Assembly: GCA_002683345.1 (NCBI GenBank)
Contig: NYSX01000012.1
Coordinates: 18,057 to 82,056 of the forward strand
Reading direction: 5' to 3'
Source: Flavobacteriales bacterium
GTDB lineage: Bacteria > Bacteroidota > Bacteroidia > Flavobacteriales_D > Sanyastnellaceae
Length of the DNA stretch: 64,000 nucleotides
Positions 1-9,376 of this stretch are shown in pieces. The translations under genes were made by a program, and so were the position numbers. Numbering within the stretch: the stretch's first letter is position 1; the number at the start of each line of letters is the position of its first letter. The notes beneath the pieces are model-generated. The model worked only from the letters and a program-made list of their open reading frames with translations. It searched no databases and was not told where the DNA came from.

Positions 1-39
1 TACCCCGAGGTCGCTATCTTGCAGGTTCAATTTTCCCAC

Positions 40-1380
40 ATGCGATTCACCTCCTTCTTGTTCCTCAGCGCAGCCGCGGCCTTGGCCTCTTCCGCTGCAT
101 GGGGCCAAACCGAGGCTCGCCAAATCGAGTTCACCGAATTCGATTTGGACAACGGCCTCCACGTCATCCTCCACGAGGACCACTCCACCCCGCTTGTCGC
201 CGTGACGGTGCTTTACCATGTCGGCTCGAAAAACGAGCGGACCGACCGCACAGGCATGGCCCACTTCTTCGAGCACCTCTTGTTCGAAGGTTCTGAGAAC
301 CTCGCGCGTGGCGAGTTCGATTCCTACGTGGAAAACGCCGGCGGCATCCTGAACGCCAACACGACCCAGGACCGCACGTTCTACTACGAGCTGCTGCCGA
401 GCAACCAGCTCGAGTTGGGGCTTTGGTTGGAATCGGAGCGCATGCTCCACGCCAAGATTGAGCAAATCGGCATCGACACCCAAAACGAAGTCGTCAAAGA
501 GGAAAAGCGCCAGAGGTACGACAACCAGCCCTACGGCCAGCTCCTTCCCACGACGATGGCGATGGCCTACACGGAGCACCCCTACCAATGGACGCCCATC
601 GGATCCATGGCGCACCTCGACGCAGCTGACCATGCCGACTTCATGGAGTTCTACGAGATCTTCTACGTGCCGGAGAACGCCACGTTGAGCATCGCCGGCG
701 ACCTCGATGTGGCCGAGACCCGCGCCCTCATTGAGAAATACTTCGAGGACATTCCTCGTGGAGGCCGTGACATCCCACGCCCCACGGTCATTGAACCCGC
801 ACGCACGGCGGAGGTCCGCGACACCATCTACGGCAAGGACCGACTCCCGCTCGTGGTACAGGCCTATCCCATCCCGGCCCAGGGCATGCCCGACTACTAC
901 GCGGTCGACATGCTCAACCAAGTTCTCAGCGGCGGCGAAAGTGCCCGCTTGAACCAGCGCGTGGTGGAAAACGATCAGCTCGCGTTGTTTTGCGGGGCGT
1001 TCAGCTTTGGGCTGGAAGATCCGGGGCTGACGCTGGGCTTCGCCATGTGCAACATGGGCGTGGACCCCAGCCAAGTGGAAGCCGCGATGAACGACGAAGT
1101 GGAGCGCATGAAAAACGAGCTCATCTCCGAGCGCGAACTCCAAAAACTGAAGAACCAAATCGAGTACGGGTTCGTGACCGGCAACCAGAGCATGGCCGGC
1201 ATTGCAGAAAGCCTCGCCAACTACCACACGTACTTCGGCGACGCCAACCTCATCAACACAGAAATTGAGCGCTACTTGGCCATCACGCCGGAAGACATCC
1301 GCGCGGCCGCTCAGAAATATTACGTGCCTGAACAGCGCGTGACCCTCTACTTCTTGCACGACCCCAATTCCCAGCCATGA
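40..1380 (+). CDS. M16 (pitrilysin/insulinase) family zinc metallopeptidase, catalytic-type subunit
   Basis: Track ORF 19..1380 starts at TTG. I trimmed it to the first ATG (40), which gives a signal-peptide-like MRFTSFLFLSAAAALASSAAWGQ. It carries the HFFEH (HxxEH) inverted zincin motif followed by LFEGSEN. Confidence 0.85.
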   Translation: MRFTSFLFLSAAAALASSAAWGQTEARQIEFTEFDLDNGLHVILHEDHSTPLVAVTVLYHVGSKNERTDRTGMAHFFEHLLFEGSENLARGEFDSYVENAGGILNANTTQDRTFYYELLPSNQLELGLWLESERMLHAKIEQIGIDTQNEVVKEEKRQRYDNQPYGQLLPTTMAMAYTEHPYQWTPIGSMAHLDAADHADFMEFYEIFYVPENATLSIAGDLDVAETRALIEKYFEDIPRGGRDIPRPTVIEPARTAEVRDTIYGKDRLPLVVQAYPIPAQGMPDYYAVDMLNQVLSGGESARLNQRVVENDQLALFCGAFSFGLEDPGLTLGFAMCNMGVDPSQVEAAMNDEVERMKNELISERELQKLKNQIEYGFVTGNQSMAGIAESLANYHTYFGDANLINTEIERYLAITPEDIRAAAQKYYVPEQRVTLYFLHDPNSQP

Positions 1381-3482
1381 AATTGATTTCCACCACCCTC
1401 CTTCGCCGCGCGGGATTCTTCGCGATGGCCCTCGCTGTGAGCACGCTGTCCTGGGGTCAAGTCGACCGCAGCAAGGCCCCCGAAGCGGGCCCTGCTCCTG
1501 AATTGAAAATCGGCACGCCCACCAAACTCAAACTCGACAACGGCCTGCAGGTCATCGTGGTCGAAAACCACCGCATGCCCGCGGTCTCGTGGAACATGAC
1601 GTTGGATTACCCCCCGTTTCTCGAAACGGACAAAGCCGGATTGACCAGCATTGCCAGCGACATGATGTCTGCCGGCACAGAGACCCGCACCAAGGCCCAA
1701 ATCGCCGAAGATGTTGAATACCTCGGCGCCAGCTTTCGGGCCAATGCCAGGGGCTTCTTTGCGAGCTCGCTGAGCAAGCACACCGGCGACCTCCTGCGCA
1801 TCGTTTCTGACGCCATCCTCAACCCCACCTTCCCAGAGGAAGAGTTGGAGAAGGTGAAGAAGCAGGTGAGTTCTGGATTGGCGAACACTCCCACATCACC
1901 TGGTGAGATTGCGGGCAACCTCGTTTCTGCAACCAACTTTGGAAGCCTGCACCCCTACGGTGAGGTCATGACTGAAGAAACGCTGGAGAACATCAGCCGC
2001 AAAGATTTGGTGGAGTACCACAAGACGTACTTCCGTCCCAACGCAGCCTACCTCATTGTGGTGGGTGACATCACCCCTGATGAGGCGTACGCCAAAGCCA
2101 ATGCCCACTTCGGCAAGTGGTACCGCGGCGACATTCCTTACACGAGAATCATGCCCGCCAAGTTCCCCACTGGGAACCAGGTGCGATTTGCCGCGGTGGA
2201 CGGTGCCGCGCAAAGCACGATCAACATCACCCAGCCTGTGCCCTTCCCTCCGGGCCACCCTGACGCCGCGGCCATCCAACTGATGAACTCCATCCTCGGT
2301 GGCGGTGCATTCAGTGGACGACTCATGCAGAACCTGCGTGAAGACAAGGCGTTCACCTATGGCGCACGCTGCTCCTTGAGTGCCGATCCTGTGACGGCCC
2401 AGTTCATTGCCTATGCCGACGTGCGGTCTGAAGTCACGGACAGCGCTCTGGTGGAGTTCATGGCAGAAATCAACCGCATTCGCGACGAACAGGTGGACAG
2501 CACAGAACTCGCCACCGCCAAGGCTTTCCTCTCCGGAAGCTTTGCCCGTTCGCTCGAAAATGAAGGCACAGTGGCCCGGTTTGCACTCAACATCGAGCGC
2601 TACGACTTGCCAGAAGACTATTATCAAACCTACCTGCAACGCTTGGATGCGGTCACCGTTGAGGACATTCAACGCGTGGCCAAAAACATGCTGAAGCCCA
2701 ACAATCTCAACATCTGCGTGGTGGGTTCACCCGACATCTTGGACAAGTTGCGCCCCTTCGATACCGGCAACGGCATTGACCAGTATGACGCATTTGGGCG
2801 CGTGCGCATCCCCCGCACAGATGCCCCTGCGGGCACCACCGTCGAAAGTGTTGTTTCGCGTCACTTTGACGCCATCGGCGGCGCCAAGGCCTGGTCCAAG
2901 CTCTCCGGCATAACCACGGAAGGCTCAGTAGAATTTGGCGCAGGCATGAGCTTGCAACACCGAGAAGACAAGCGCTTCTCCAAGAAAGCTCAGGCCATGC
3001 GGACCGAATTGGCCATGGCCGGACAGCCTGTGATGATTCGGGCCATCCAACCTGAGGGCGGCCAAGAGCTTCAAATGGGCAACGTCTCTGACATGGATGC
3101 CGAGGCAGTGGCCATGATGATGGACTACCTCTCTCCCATCCGTCTCACCAAAATGGACAAGCTTGGCTACGAAGGAACGGTCCTCGGCCAAGAAGAAGTG
3201 GCAGGCGAGCCCTCCACGATCCTCGAATTTGTGAAGGGAGACATCAAGGAAACATATTGGTTCCGCAATTCGGACGGCCTGTTGATTCAGCAGCAACGCC
3301 CCTCCCTCGATGGATCGTTGGTCGTTGAAAAGCTGGAGATGTACATCCCCTTTGGAGACCTTGGACTGAAATTGCCTGCGTCACGTTCGTCTGCGGTGGC
3401 GGGCCAAACGATGACCATCCGCGTCGCCAAGGCTTCCTTCAACCCGGAGTTTGACGAAAACGCCTTTGACCTGCAGCGCTGA
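1377..3482 (+). CDS. M16 family peptidase-like protein (non-catalytic type, no HxxEH) with an extra C-terminal domain
   Basis: The ATG overlaps the upstream stop (ATGA). The N-terminus is signal-peptide-like (MKLISTTLLRRAGFFAMALAVSTLSWGQ). The layout is M16-like, but the HxxEH position reads ...VENHRMPAV.. with no zinc motif. About 235 extra residues follow the M16 core. Confidence 0.8.
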   Translation: MKLISTTLLRRAGFFAMALAVSTLSWGQVDRSKAPEAGPAPELKIGTPTKLKLDNGLQVIVVENHRMPAVSWNMTLDYPPFLETDKAGLTSIASDMMSAGTETRTKAQIAEDVEYLGASFRANARGFFASSLSKHTGDLLRIVSDAILNPTFPEEELEKVKKQVSSGLANTPTSPGEIAGNLVSATNFGSLHPYGEVMTEETLENISRKDLVEYHKTYFRPNAAYLIVVGDITPDEAYAKANAHFGKWYRGDIPYTRIMPAKFPTGNQVRFAAVDGAAQSTINITQPVPFPPGHPDAAAIQLMNSILGGGAFSGRLMQNLREDKAFTYGARCSLSADPVTAQFIAYADVRSEVTDSALVEFMAEINRIRDEQVDSTELATAKAFLSGSFARSLENEGTVARFALNIERYDLPEDYYQTYLQRLDAVTVEDIQRVAKNMLKPNNLNICVVGSPDILDKLRPFDTGNGIDQYDAFGRVRIPRTDAPAGTTVESVVSRHFDAIGGAKAWSKLSGITTEGSVEFGAGMSLQHREDKRFSKKAQAMRTELAMAGQPVMIRAIQPEGGQELQMGNVSDMDAEAVAMMMDYLSPIRLTKMDKLGYEGTVLGQEEVAGEPSTILEFVKGDIKETYWFRNSDGLLIQQQRPSLDGSLVVEKLEMYIPFGDLGLKLPASRSSAVAGQTMTIRVAKASFNPEFDENAFDLQR

Positions 3483-4168
3483 TGACGCCTTTGATCCACC
3501 TCGACAACGTTTCCATTCGCCACGACGAACACGTGGTGCTGGAACACCTGTCGACAGAGGTGAATGAAGGAGAGCTCGTCTACCTCATTGGCAAGACGGG
3601 AAGCGGGAAGTCGAGCTTGCTCAGGACGTTGTATGGCGACCTCAGCCTGACTTCGGGCCAAGGCTCGGTGTGCGGCCATGATTTGGCCAAGCTCAAACCA
3701 CGGACCGTTCACAAGCTTCGCCGCAAGCTCGGCATGGTGTTTCAAGACTTTGGGCTGTTGCAAGACCGAAGCGTAGATGCCAACCTCGATTTTGCACTGT
3801 TGGCCACGGGCTGGAAGGACAAAAAGGCCAAGCAACGTCGAATCGAGGAAGTTCTGACAGCAGTCGGTCTGCCCAACAAAGGCTACAAGATGCCCTTTGA
3901 GCTAAGCGGTGGAGAACAGCAACGCGTCGCCATCGCGCGCGCCTTGCTCAACGATCCGCCACTCCTTTTGGCCGACGAGCCCACGGGCAACCTCGATCCC
4001 GAGACCACAGAAGAGATTCTGGAGCTGATGCACACCTTGCCCAGCCAAGGCAAGACATTGGTCATGGCCACCCACGATTGGGCCTCCATGAACCGACGGC
4101 CAGGCCGCGTTTGGCGCTGCGAAGGTGGGCGTCTGTTGGACGAACCCGCCCCGCAACACGCCCCATGA
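3482..4168 (+). CDS. ftsE: FtsE-like ABC ATP-binding protein (single NBD)
   Basis: Walker [13 protein letters not shown] signature [15 protein letters not shown] and Walker [13 protein letters not shown]. The 228-aa length fits FtsE. The start shares one nucleotide with the upstream stop (TGATG). Confidence 0.75.
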   Translation: MTPLIHLDNVSIRHDEHVVLEHLSTEVNEGELVYLIGKTGSGKSSLLRTLYGDLSLTSGQGSVCGHDLAKLKPRTVHKLRRKLGMVFQDFGLLQDRSVDANLDFALLATGWKDKKAKQRRIEEVLTAVGLPNKGYKMPFELSGGEQQRVAIARALLNDPPLLLADEPTGNLDPETTEEILELMHTLPSQGKTLVMATHDWASMNRRPGRVWRCEGGRLLDEPAPQHAP

Positions 4169-4920
4169 AGGCCTCCCCTCGCATCGGGGTGGTCATTCCT
4201 GTCTACAATGGCGCCGACGACTTGCGCGAGACCCTGATGGCTTTTCGAGCCCTGCCCGCACGGGTCTTGGCGCAATTGGAGGTTGTAATTGCCGATGGTG
4301 CATCCACGGACGACACCCTGAATGTGATGTCCACCTTCATGGATGTCATCCGTCATGCTGACAGCAGAGACGACCTGGGTGTCTACGACGCCATGAACCG
4401 CGGCGCGAGCCTCGTCCAAGCGCCCTATGTTTGGTTCATGGGCGCGGGAGACCTGCCTCTCGAAGCGGGCTTGTCCGCGCTGCTTGACCAACTTGAGGGG
4501 GACGTGGGGCATGCGTGCACGGTCCTCGCCATGGCGCCAAGAGAACCCGGCGTGCCTGCGGAATTTGTGCCCCGATTTGGCACGTCACTCGATTGGCGAA
4601 ACACTTTGCATCACCAAGGCGTGGTTGTCCCCACAACTTGGGTCAAGCAACGCCCCCTGTCCACAGATTACAAGGTGCTGTCGGACTATGCGTGGATGCT
4701 CGATTGCAGAAATGCGGGCCAGCACATTGAATGCCATCCTCAGCTGGCACTGGCCTCTGTCGCAGGCGGAGGGCTTTCGAGGAATTTCGACGCCGCGCTG
4801 TACAGGGAAGAGCGCCGCATGAAGCGCGGACGGATCAGCCGCGCCGCAGCGCTGGCTCACTGGGTATGGCTCCCCGCCAAGTGGGCCTTCAAACAAGTGT
4901 CCAAAGCCCGTTCAATCTGA
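4165..4920 (+). CDS. glycosyltransferase family 2
   Basis: Track ORF 4078..4920 trimmed to the ATG at 4165, which overlaps the ftsE stop (ATGA). N-terminal [14 protein letters not shown] and DGASTDDT motifs are typical of GT2. Confidence 0.75.
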   Translation: MKASPRIGVVIPVYNGADDLRETLMAFRALPARVLAQLEVVIADGASTDDTLNVMSTFMDVIRHADSRDDLGVYDAMNRGASLVQAPYVWFMGAGDLPLEAGLSALLDQLEGDVGHACTVLAMAPREPGVPAEFVPRFGTSLDWRNTLHHQGVVVPTTWVKQRPLSTDYKVLSDYAWMLDCRNAGQHIECHPQLALASVAGGGLSRNFDAALYREERRMKRGRISRAAALAHWVWLPAKWAFKQVSKARSI

Positions 4921-6008
4921 GGTTCATCCACGCCCCAGTGGAACGATTCACTCGCCTTGCTGAGGGCCTCAGCCCATTCGGCGCGTGGACGGTGAAGCAC
5001 TTTCTCGACGGCGGCCTTTACGGCGGAAGGGGTGGCGTGTTCCACCACTTCCCCCAATCCATGCTCGCGGACAATGGCCGCCACCTCCTTTCTCGCCGTG
5101 ACCACCATGGGCAATCGTGCGTGCATGAAATCAAACAGCTTGTTGGGCAGGCTCATTTCATAGTTGCCGTGACTTCCCTTGTCCAAACTCAGCCCCACAT
5201 CGGCTGACGCCGTGAGCTTACGCAAGGCCTCAAAGGGCAACTTGGGAATGCAGTGCAAACGTCCTTCCATCTCAGGCTCGCTCACCTGGGCATGGGCTTC
5301 TTCCCACTCGACCCCCGCCCCCACCAACACCAAGCGAATCCCTTTCATGCCAGGCAACGCTGCGACGGCTTCTACCGCACCTCGATCACGGTCCATGTAC
5401 GCCCCTTGCATCAAGGCAATGGGCAAGTCTGTTGGAACGCCGTAGGCTTCAAAGGCCGACCGTCCCTCCACCTCCACCGGCGTTTGCCTTCGTGGCATGT
5501 TGCGCACGACCAACACCTCCAACCCGTAGGTTCTTCGGTAGGACTCCGCGATGCTTTCGTTCACCGTGATCATACATGGCAGGGACTTGAACGCCCAGCG
5601 CTCCAACCTCAACCACAACGCACGCTTCAATGGCTTGCCCGTCAAGCCTGCCGCTTCGGTAAAGTATTCATGACTGTCGTAGATAACCGGCAAACGACCG
5701 TGCCAAACCGCCGGAGCAAGCGTATCCAAATCGTTGCACCAAATGGCGTCCAAGCGCGATGCATGGGTGCGGAGCCAGCGATGCAGTTCCCGCTGAAGCG
5801 AGAGGTAAAACCGTGGGCCTGCATGGGCGGCCAGCTTCAGCCTGTGCGCCTCCCAAGGCCCCTCCCAAGGCACAGAGTTGGGCATTTCTCGCCCCACGAG
5901 CACAGGGGTCCACCCCAAGCCCTCAAGCGTCTGACATGTTTTCTTGACGCGTTGGTCAAACGTGAGGTCGTTCGACACCCACACCGCAATGCGCCGGGTG
6001 CGACTCAC
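4857..6008 (-). CDS. glycosyltransferase (GT4/GT1-type fold)
   Basis: 383 aa with a two-Rossmann-type layout and a C-terminal EMSLPNKLFDFMHARLPMVVT motif like the GT1/GT4 E-x7-E region. The GTG start overlaps the upstream exonuclease stop (GTGA). Confidence 0.75.
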   Translation of the reverse strand: MSRTRRIAVWVSNDLTFDQRVKKTCQTLEGLGWTPVLVGREMPNSVPWEGPWEAHRLKLAAHAGPRFYLSLQRELHRWLRTHASRLDAIWCNDLDTLAPAVWHGRLPVIYDSHEYFTEAAGLTGKPLKRALWLRLERWAFKSLPCMITVNESIAESYRRTYGLEVLVVRNMPRRQTPVEVEGRSAFEAYGVPTDLPIALMQGAYMDRDRGAVEAVAALPGMKGIRLVLVGAGVEWEEAHAQVSEPEMEGRLHCIPKLPFEALRKLTASADVGLSLDKGSHGNYEMSLPNKLFDFMHARLPMVVTARKEVAAIVREHGLGEVVEHATPSAVKAAVEKVLHRPRAEWAEALSKASESFHWGVDEPQIERALDTCLKAHLAGSHTQ

Positions 6009-6844
6009 AACTCGCCGTCTTTGACCTTTTGCAGGATTCGCTTTGTGTACCGTGGGAAGTCGCCTTGCATCATCCAGCCAAAATATCCCGGATCTCGGTC
6101 GAGCACTTCTTTGACGCGTTTGCCAGAATGCTTTCCAAATTGGAAGACCACATGCCCGTCGTCGTCGTACACCAACCGCCCCATCAAGTCCGCGTTGTTG
6201 CGCATTTTGCAGAACGCACCGAGCTCCTCCATGTCTGAAGGCACAGGCCCCACGGTCTCACCGCGGCTGTCCAGCACGGTCTTGTCCTTGTACCGCTCCA
6301 ATTGCGCCAGGAACACCTCTACTGTCGCCAGCGTGTCCGGCAAGGCTTCGTGGGCACCTTCCAAATCTTTGTCGCAGTAGAACTTGAAGGCGGCCCGCAG
6401 CGTACGCTGTTCCATGCGGTGAAAGACGTTTTGGACGTCGATGAGGTTTCTCCCCTCCAACCCAAAATCGATGCCCACCCGCAAAAACTCTTCCGCCAGC
6501 ATGGGCACGTCAAAGCGGTTGCTATTGAACCCGCCCAAGTCGCATCCGTGCAGCCATTTCAGCAGTCCAGGTGCAACCCGGCCAAACGTCGGTGCATCTG
6601 CCACGTCTTCGTCGTACACCCCATGGACCAAGCTGGACTCCACAGGGATGGGCATCTCTGGATTGATGAGAATGCGATGCTCGCGCCCAGGCTTTTCCGG
6701 CTTTTTGATGACGGTGCCGTCCGGCATCAGTTTGACCATGGCCATCTCCACAATGCGATCCACCCCCACTTTGGTTCCCGTGGTTTCGAGGTCAAAAAAC
6801 ACCAAGGGCCGCTTCAAGTGCAGCCTAGTAACTTGTTCCATCAT
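6005..6844 (-). CDS. DEDDh 3'-5' exonuclease (DnaQ/ExoX-like) with C-terminal ExoX-like extension
   Basis: ExoI motif FFDLETTG and ExoIII-type GAHEALPDTLAT (HxAxxD). The C-terminal ~90 aa (FQFGKHSGKRVKEVLDRDPGYFGWM) resemble the ExoX-type C-terminal domain. Confidence 0.8.
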   Translation of the reverse strand: MMEQVTRLHLKRPLVFFDLETTGTKVGVDRIVEMAMVKLMPDGTVIKKPEKPGREHRILINPEMPIPVESSLVHGVYDEDVADAPTFGRVAPGLLKWLHGCDLGGFNSNRFDVPMLAEEFLRVGIDFGLEGRNLIDVQNVFHRMEQRTLRAAFKFYCDKDLEGAHEALPDTLATVEVFLAQLERYKDKTVLDSRGETVGPVPSDMEELGAFCKMRNNADLMGRLVYDDDGHVVFQFGKHSGKRVKEVLDRDPGYFGWMMQGDFPRYTKRILQKVKDGEL

Positions 6845-6848
6845 GTTT

Positions 6849-6856
6849 CGAAAGTT
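6849..6856 (-). promoter_or_regulatory. -7-like box AACTTTCG, 4 nt upstream of the exonuclease ATG
   Basis: The reverse complement of 6841..6860 reads aacgAACTTTCGaaacATGa. It departs from TAnnTTTG at positions 1 and 7. Confidence 0.3.
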
Positions 6857-6859
6857 CGT

Positions 6860-9274
6860 TCAGCGAACGGCCACATCCATGCGCACATACTGAAAGCTTG
6901 CAGGATGTGCCTCGCCTTGGACAAAGGACGCCGGTGTGTCTCCATCGGGTTGGACCCGGCGAATCACGATCACGTCGTAATCACGCCCCTTTTCCAATCC
7001 TCGGTTGCTCAACCCGTTCACCAGTCGGAGGTAAACGTCCATCGCCCGTGAGGAGGCAAGTTCCAAGTTGCCCCCTGCCCGGGTAGAGGGGCCATCGGAG
7101 GCGCTGCCTTCAATGCGCACCACAGGCTTACCCTTGGCGCTTTGGGCACCAATGAAATTCAATGCGGGCGTCATGTCCATGCGTTCCGTGTGCACCTGCC
7201 CATTATAAAGTTGGACCGCCATGATGGTTTGACCTGCATCCACGGCAGCCAATGCCATCGGCGCCAGAGGCGCTGAGACTTTCATCACGTCACCATCGCC
7301 GGTTGCTGTGACCTCGTTGGCGGGTGTGGCGCTACCGTCAGCAGGCTTGTTTGTGGAAACAGAAGCCACCTCCTCAGACGTTTCCTCTGAGGCGCTCACG
7401 CTTTCTTCAGCCTGGGCGGAAGCATCTTCGATTGTTGAGGCTCCACTGACATCTTCACCGTCTGTGGCGGTTGCATCGACAACTGTCTGGTCTGCCACCA
7501 CCTCTTCTGGCTGCTCCACCTTGGGCGCCTGAACGACAAACGATGCGACCTCTGCCACCTCTTGGGCCACCTCGCCCGGCAATTCGTCGGCTTCCTCAGC
7601 ATCTTGGAACACCTCTTCGAACGTCAACTCAATGACTTCGGGTTCCAAATCTTCGGACAGGGTGAGCGTGCGACGAACAACGGGTGGCACGGATTGTGAT
7701 GCGTCTTGGGTTGGCGACGCTTGCGCCGACTCCACCACGTAATCTCGACCCGTTGGCAAGATCAGGTTGAACACGTCTTCCGTGTTTTCGCGTTCCACAC
7801 GTTGAACGACATCCCCTGACTTCGCGTCCTTGACAATCAGGGCTTCAGGTTGTTCATCGTTGTCCAAGTTCTCGGCATCCAGCGTCAAAATGACCACTTG
7901 CTGCTCCAAAGAAGGCGCGCCGTTCATCGACACCTCAAACAACTGAAGGTCCCCACGCTCCACATTGCGTCGTGATGCCAAATAGCCCACTTGGCCCTTG
8001 GCGCCAATCACGAACGCCATGTCGTCGTCGACACTGTTGATGGGGGCGCCCAGGTGTTCAGGTTCTGTCCATCCACCTGCGGCATTTCTCGTGGTCCGGT
8101 AGACGTCGAAGCCTCCCATGCTTTGCAGGCCATTGGAGGCGAAAAACACGGTGACACCATCGGCGGCCACAAACGGCGTGACTTCATCACCCCACGTGTT
8201 CACACGCTTTCCCAAGGACTTCAATTTGCTCCAACGCCCATCTTCATCCAATGAACTTTCGTACAAATCGTATCCTCCTTCACCACGGCGCATCTTCACG
8301 CTGGCAATGAGACGATCCTTGTTCGGGAAGAACACGATCTCGCCTTCGTTGGGGATGGTGCGGTCCAAATAAAGCGGCTCTGCAACCGTCCACCCACGCT
8401 CCCATCGCTCCGTGGTCTTCAACTCGTGGGTCCAACCGTCGTCGTCCAGCACGACGAGCTTTTGACCGAAAGCATCTGACCCAATGACCTTCGCATGATT
8501 GCGAATGCCCATGTTCAAGAACTCAGGCTCATCCCACGTGCTGTCCTGCTGAAGCTCTGTGCGATAAATGTCGAAGTAATGTGTCTTGGTGTTGGGATCT
8601 ACCCGGCCGTGATTTGAGCCGTTGCTCCGCGCTCGGTCGGAGGAGAAAAACATGGTTTTCCCGTCTGCCGTCAGCACAGGGTGTGTTTCGTTGCCTTCGC
8701 TGTTCAGGGCCATGCTCATCACCTCAGCATCTGTGGACTTGGCTAGCTGTCGCTCGGCAAACCGGACTTCCGCCAAGATTTTCGATGCCCATTCAGACGA
8801 GCCGTGCTTCTCGCCTACCTTGGCCAAAAACGCATCCACGTGCTTCCGCGCCACATCAAACTCCCCCATGCGGTGTTCGGCGTTTGCCAACCACAACCAC
8901 GCGTCGACCGGGGGAATCATTTGGTTGGGGTTGAAGGGATCGTAACGCTCGGTAAGGCCTCCTTTGGTGACCTCCTCCAAAAGTGCTTTGGCCATGGGCC
9001 AGTCCTCCCCAATTTCCGACACGCACACGGCGCGCTTGAATTTCGCCACCCGATTCTTGGGTCGTGTTTTCATGGCATAGGCCCAGAGGCGTTCCGCCTC
9101 ATGCCAGAATTCCTCCTCCATCAAAATGCTTCCCTCAATGAAGAGCTCCGTGGAAGAAAAATTCGCCCACGTGGAGTCGGCATCTGTGACAGTCGCCTCT
9201 GTCCCGGCTGAGGCGAGTTGACTTCCAGTCAAGGCCAATACGAGCGTGACGAAGGAAAGAGAAGACTTTGGCAT
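6860..9274 (-). CDS. large secreted TPR + PD40/TolB-like beta-propeller protein with acidic linker and OmpA-like C-terminal domain
   Basis: Signal peptide MPKSSLSFVTLVLALTGSQLASAG. Repeated segments of the FFSSDR / VFFASNG / DLYES / DVYRT type match PD40 repeats. The C-terminus has GNLELASSRAMDVYLRLV, like the OmpA_C NxxLSxxRA motif. Confidence 0.6.
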   Translation of the reverse strand: MPKSSLSFVTLVLALTGSQLASAGTEATVTDADSTWANFSSTELFIEGSILMEEEFWHEAERLWAYAMKTRPKNRVAKFKRAVCVSEIGEDWPMAKALLEEVTKGGLTERYDPFNPNQMIPPVDAWLWLANAEHRMGEFDVARKHVDAFLAKVGEKHGSSEWASKILAEVRFAERQLAKSTDAEVMSMALNSEGNETHPVLTADGKTMFFSSDRARSNGSNHGRVDPNTKTHYFDIYRTELQQDSTWDEPEFLNMGIRNHAKVIGSDAFGQKLVVLDDDGWTHELKTTERWERGWTVAEPLYLDRTIPNEGEIVFFPNKDRLIASVKMRRGEGGYDLYESSLDEDGRWSKLKSLGKRVNTWGDEVTPFVAADGVTVFFASNGLQSMGGFDVYRTTRNAAGGWTEPEHLGAPINSVDDDMAFVIGAKGQVGYLASRRNVERGDLQLFEVSMNGAPSLEQQVVILTLDAENLDNDEQPEALIVKDAKSGDVVQRVERENTEDVFNLILPTGRDYVVESAQASPTQDASQSVPPVVRRTLTLSEDLEPEVIELTFEEVFQDAEEADELPGEVAQEVAEVASFVVQAPKVEQPEEVVADQTVVDATATDGEDVSGASTIEDASAQAEESVSASEETSEEVASVSTNKPADGSATPANEVTATGDGDVMKVSAPLAPMALAAVDAGQTIMAVQLYNGQVHTERMDMTPALNFIGAQSAKGKPVVRIEGSASDGPSTRAGGNLELASSRAMDVYLRLVNGLSNRGLEKGRDYDVIVIRRVQPDGDTPASFVQGEAHPASFQYVRMDVAVR

Positions 9275-9291
9275 GTTTCGCAGGGTTTGAA

Positions 9292-9299
9292 CAAAAGTA
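9292..9299 (-). promoter_or_regulatory. Bacteroidota -7 box TACTTTTG upstream of the OmpA-like gene (17-nt spacer to ATG)
   Basis: The reverse complement of 9271..9300 reads gTACTTTTGttcaaaccctgcgaaacATGc. This is an exact TAnnTTTG match. Confidence 0.45.
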
Positions 9300-9376
9300 C
9301 CTCACCTCGTTGGTTCATAGCCCCCGGCGCAAACGATTTTTCACCAACGGTGCGGGGAATCAACTGGCGTCGCTCG

